From Selaginella moellendorffii (lineage: Eukaryota; Plantae; Lycopodiophyta), in NCBI RefSeq assembly GCF_000143415.4, contig NW_003314267.1:2645839-2709838 (forward strand): a DNA stretch of 64,000 nucleotides, given 5' to 3'. The notes below the pieces were generated by a model. That model had not been told where the DNA came from. It ran no database searches and was given only the letters and a program-made list of their open reading frames with translations. A program made the position numbers and the translations under genes. Shown in pieces: positions 59,286-64,000 of the stretch (its first letter is position 1; each line of letters begins with the position of its first letter).

Positions 59286-62200
59286 AGAATACGTCTACGG
59301 ATTCGACATCCCCGCGGGGAGTCGGGCGTAGTGCCCTACGCCTGGTCGACCTATCCAACCCATGCTAATTAGCTTACCTTTGGCGCACCTTCGGGTCCTA
59401 ACATATGCCACGTGCTCAACTTTGCAAATTGATATTTTTAATTGAACTTTGCATAAGTACATAGAGTTCTGCCTTGCAGAAATTCCTCCACTAGATCTCG
59501 CGCGTTCGCTAGGTTCTCCTCCAGTTCCCATGTTGCTTCGCAGTGTGGAAATCCTTTCCACTTCACATGGAACTCTCTCACCTCGCGTCCTTGTTGCTTG
59601 CTCTTGCGCACATTGAGGATGGCCTCGACTTCGTATTCCTCTTCCCCTTGGATAACCTCAGGTAAAGGTCTTACTTGGTCCTTGCGAAGTGGATCCTCAA
59701 AGTACAGCTTAAGTAAGTTCATGTGGAACACTGGGTGCATTTCCCCATCTCTCGAGGAAGTCGGAGTCGGTAAGCCACTTTACCGATTCGTGCCTCAATC
59801 TCGTAAGGCCCCGCGAACCTGCTTAAGGAACTCAAGATCAATTCATTTACAGGAATACATGCATTTTTACCTTTGGGTCAACTTCCGGCTGATCCCACTT
59901 GGTAGTCTGAGGTTCTTGGTGTTCAGCCACACCTTCTCCCCAGCTTGGAACTCTACATCCCGACGCTTCTGGTTCGCGTATTTGGTTTGCCTTTGTTGAG
60001 CCCGTTCCAAGGAATCCCTCACTAGATTCCAAATGTTGAGTCTTTCCGCCGTGAATGCCTCCACTGCGGGCAACTCTCCATGATACTCGGCCACGCCGAG
60101 TTCCACAGGACCTTCAATAGTGTAAGGCTCCTGAGTTTGGACTTCCCGGGAGGTCACCCAGCCCAGTACTATTCAAACCCAAGGACGCTTAACCCCAAGT
60201 ATCCCAAGACCCTTAACCGTTTGGAAAAGGGGGTGCACTCTTGTTCATGGGCCCTTTCCCTCTATATTTGAACCCCATGGACCGTCTCTCACGTCGTTCC
60301 CTTTGGTTGCTTACAATCCACCACGCTTCCCTGCAAGTTCACGCCCTCGTGAACGGAAGCTGAGAGCCGCAGCTCTCCCGAGAGCCCCGCTCTCTTGACA
60401 CCCTACCCCTCGGGTCGAGCCCAGCGGGAGCAAACTGGACCAGCCATCTTGACACCCTACCCCTCGGGTCGAGCCCAGCGGGAGCAAACTGGACCAGCCA
60501 GATGTCAATCAACATGTGGTGTGATTCCCTTAGCCAACCAACAGAGTCGGACCCGAGACCCTCTGATACCAAATGTAAGGCTCCTGAGTTTGGACTTCCC
60601 GGGAGGTCACCCAGCCCAGTACTATTCAAACCCAAGGACGCTTAACCCCAAGTATCCCAAGACCCTTAACCGTTTGGAAAAGGGGGTGCACTCTTGTTCA
60701 TGGGCCCTTTCCCTCTATATTTGAACCCCATGGACCGTCTCTCAAGTCGTTCCCTTTGGTTGCTTACAAATAGCTCGCCCATTGATGACTTCCCATGGAC
60801 TCACCCCGATACTCGAATGTGGTGAGTTGTTATAACACATTTCCGCAAGTCCCAAATGACTTACCCAATCGGTCTGGTCTCTCGAGACATAGCATCGCAA
60901 ATAATCCTCCAGCTGCCTATTCACCCTTTCCGTTTGTCCGTCTGTCAAGAAGTGTTAGTGCCAACAACTTGACTCAATACCCCATACCTGTCTGTGGGTG
61001 ATAGGCTGTGCTGAATTTCAACTTGGTGTGATACTGTTCCAGAAGAGTCCTCCAGAACCTACTGGTGAAGATCTTATCTCGATCTGAGATGATCTCTTCC
61101 GGTCTTCCCCGCACTCGAACCACTTGTTCGAAGAACAGCTTTGCCACACCTTCCGCATCCACCTCTGTTGTGGTGGGTATGAAGTGTGCCATTTTCGAAA
61201 ATCGGTACACCACCACAAATATCGCATCAAACCCCTCACTTGGGGGGGAGTCCCGTGATGAAGTCCATCGTAAGACATTTCCACGGGCGATCTGGAATTG
61301 GGATGCTTTGCAACAAGCCCCCACTAGCCTTGGTCACGGCTTTTACCTGCTGACATGTTGGACATGTCTTTACATAGTCTTGGACGTCCTTAGCCATATC
61401 TGGCCAATGGTACTTCCTTTTGAGTAAGCCCATCGTCTTGGGCACTCCACCGTGTCCCGCAAGAGGTCCGTCATGACACTCTTCTAAGGCCACCTTCCTT
61501 AGTTCCCCTTCTGGAACATACACCCTCGTTTGCTTGTAATAAATGAGTCCGTTGCGTTCTGCATAGCCCGTTTTCTCTTCCGTTGGCAGCTCACCTCTCT
61601 GGTGAGCTTCCCGTGCCTTTAGATTCCTCAGCAACACTTCCTGTGCTAGACCATCGTTCTCATATGTTGTCCGCACATCGTCCCAGAAGGTTGCTGTTGC
61701 GCTGGATATTGCCAACTTCAAGCTTGCTTTTCGACTTAGCGCATCCGCCACGATGTTGCTCTTCCCAGGCTTGTACAGAATTTCGCAATCAAACTCGGCC
61801 AAGGCATTGGCCCACCGACCTTGTTTCCCTCTTAGGTCGGGCTGTGACAAGAAGTGTTTCGTTGCCACATTGTCCGTGTAAACCTTGAAGTGTCTCCCAA
61901 GGTAGTGTCGCCACTCCTTGAGTGCCTTGACCACCGCAAACAATTCCTTCTCGTGGGCAGGCCACTTCCGTTGAGCCTTGTCCAGCTTCTTCAAGAAGAA
62001 CGCTACCGGATGGTTGTCTTGCTTCAGAACTGCGCCCAACGCAAAGTCTGAAGCATCCGTTTCTACCTCAAAGTCCTTACCAAAGTCTGGTAATGCCAAT
62101 ATGGGAGCCTTCCTCAACTTCCCTTTGAGGTGGACGAATGCCGCCTCGCATTCTGCTGTCCATACCATCTTCCCTTTTCCTGTTTGGTCCGTTAAGGGCA

Positions 62201-63290
62201 AAGCTACTCTCGAATAGTGTCTGATAAACTTTCGATAGTAGTTGCATAGCCCCAGGAACGCCCTCAACTCATGTACATTCGATGGTCGCTCCCATTCCTG
62301 GATCGCTTGGACCTTCTCCGGGTCCACCTTGAGCCCGTCCTGGCCCACCACATGCTCGAGAAACTTTACCTCTTGTTGAGCAAAGTCACATTTGCTCTCT
62401 TTAGCATACAGTTTGTGTTCCCTTAGTTTCTCAAACACCTTCGCCAAGTGTTCGGCATGCTCCTCTAGCGTCTCGCTATAGATCAGGATGTCGTCAATAT
62501 AGACGACCACGAAGTGATCCAGATAGGGTACAAAGATGTGGTTCATCAACGCCGAAAACGTTGCCGGTGCATTGCACAGCCCAAAGGGCATCACTAGAAA
62601 CTCGAAGCTCCCATACCTCGTTCGACAGGTTGTCTTCTCGACATCTTCCTCAGCTACCCTGATCTGGTAGTATCCTGACCTTAGGTCAATCCTCGAGAAG
62701 TATTTTGCCTTTCCCAACCTATCGAACAGGTCCTCAATCCTTGGCAAAGGGTACTTGTTCTTCTTGGTATACTTGTTGAGCAACCGGTAATCTATGCACA
62801 TGCGCATAGATCCATCTTTCTTTTTCACAAATAATACCGGCGCCCCATACGGCGACTTGCTCAACCTAACATACCCTTTGTCCACCAACACCTCTAGTTG
62901 GCACTTGAGCTCCTTGAGTTCCTTTTTGTTCAAACGATAGGGTGGACGAACCACCGCCTCAGTGCCCTCAACCAGCTCAATCTTATGTTCTATCGGTCGT
63001 GCAGGGGGCAACCCCGCCGGTAGCTCCTCCGGCATGGTATCCTGGAATTGGTCCAACACTCACTGGATCACTAAAGGCACTTCTTCCGTTCTCGCCTTTT
63101 TGTCACTCTTCACCGAGAGTAAGCACAAAAAAGCTGCCTTAGTTCCTTTAGTGAGTTGTCCTCTCGTGGACACCAGGTTTAAGCAGGATTCTTTGGCCTT
63201 GCTTTGCCCTACCTTTAGATCCTGGGCTTCCACCCTAGATCTTCTTCCTTGGGCATTCGCCAGTACCACAAGGTTTCTACCTTGTCCATG
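59286..63290 (-). mobile_element. Ty3/gypsy chromovirus B, copy 2 (RT-RH-IN-chromodomain), in tandem with copy 1 and 5'-truncated at ~63290
   Basis: 607-aa RT/RH/IN ORF 61236-63059 (YIDD, ETDASD, HHCC); 59286-60120 nearly identical to 53087-53921. Confidence 0.93.
60121..60768 (-). mobile_element. Cassandra-type TRIM: 195-bp TG..CA LTRs (60121-60315 and 60574-60768) carrying 5S-rRNA-like promoter boxes
   Basis: TSD AATAG (60116-60120 and 60769-60773); PBS TGGTATCAGAG on the minus strand; PPT-like tract; LTR reverse complement GTTAAGCGTCCTTGGG..TAGTACTGGGCTGGGTGACCTCCCGGGAAGTCC resembles 5S A and C boxes. Confidence 0.92.
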
Positions 63291-63733
63291 TAAGCTCTAT
63301 TTCGTTAAAGTGGGAATTGTCATTATCCCACTTGTAAAATAAGGTTTCCAAACCTTTATATAGTATATAAATATAACAAAATTCAACTGCATTGAGGCAC
63401 ATGCCATTTTATTTTAAACAAGGAAATGTCTACTCAATCACTTCTCCTCCCCCTGCCACTGCTTCACCTCTCTCTTCTCCTTGTCATCGTCGTCCAATTT
63501 CTTTCCATCCTTTTAATATTGGCTCAGTTGCTCCGAGTCTAGGTGGAGCCCAAGTCCCCATTCAATCTTTACTTTCCCATTATTAATAAAACAACTTCGT
63601 AGACTTCCAATAACATGTTGTAACACTTCTAGTATAATGCAAATCCTCTCAAAGAATTGTCTTTTAATATTAATACAATGGCATGGAACCCCATGCCATA
63701 ATAAGTTACATTTTTAAATAAATACATGCCATC

Positions 63734-64000
63734 TCAGACTGTTATTTTTTGCCTCCAACGCCTATACAATAATCTTGGAATTTCATCACTCTCCACACTA
63801 TCAGGATTTAAACCCAATAGTAATGCCATCTCTTCTCTAATACGTCCACGCTCATGTTCAGTGGTCGAAGAACCCATCCGGTTGAGCAGATTATGGAGAT
63901 GCGGATAGTGCTTGGCTAGACAATATACATGCCATAAATGATGACTGGTGTCTGTCCGATCAAATGGCTTCTGATATACCGTTCCATCTGCCATTTGGTT
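63734..64000 (-). CDS. 3' end of an unidentified ORF running off the right edge
   Basis: At least 86 codons of protein-like sequence in AT-rich DNA; no recognised motif. Confidence 0.3.
   Translation of the reverse strand, partial: NQMADGTVYQKPFDRTDTSHHLWHVYCLAKHYPHLHNLLNRMGSSTTEHERGRIREEMALLLGLNPDSVESDEIPRLLYRRWRQKITV

Noticed and set aside
60130-60200. 5S rRNA gene
   Set aside because: Only the internal promoter portion is present, and it is embedded in TRIM LTRs
63679-63699. TGGCATGG-AACC-CCATGCCA hairpin as a Helitron 3' end
   Set aside because: No CTRR terminus at the expected distance on either strand

Overview
Very gene-dense plant nuclear DNA with tiny (~45-100 bp) GT-AG introns, intronless receptor kinases and a PLS-type PPR gene. 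This organisation is most consistent with a lycophyte such as Selaginella (inference). Bases 1-47.9 kb hold about 20 genes: UPF1 (5' part), COX6b, three G-type lectin S-domain receptor kinases plus a pseudogene, RPAC2, an HHO/NIGT1-type GARP factor, two MLO genes, a truncated eIF5, a PPR gene with scrambled remnants, two Fic-domain genes, a malectin-like LRR-RLK, a DCL1-derived mini-Dicer, a double-PZP PHD protein, a UBTD-like gene, COA5/PET191, an ABCB transporter, an atypical kinase and Pcc1. Bases 48-63.3 kb are a nest of retroelements. Best leads: (1) a tandem Ty3/gypsy chromovirus whose integrase is split by two conserved short spliceosomal-type introns; (2) a signal-peptide-bearing Fic AMPylase with an intact active site, plus a catalytically degenerate paralog; (3) a PAZ-less and helicase-less DCL1 derivative with D->N and E->Q changes at catalytic acidic residues and a transit-peptide-like N-terminus; (4) an MLO whose calmodulin-binding tail is replaced by repeated HSKHxS motifs; (5) a young 5S-carrying Cassandra-type TRIM and two tailless LINE-like fragments with long TSDs. 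Splice models were read by eye and family assignments rest on recalled motifs; no searches were run.
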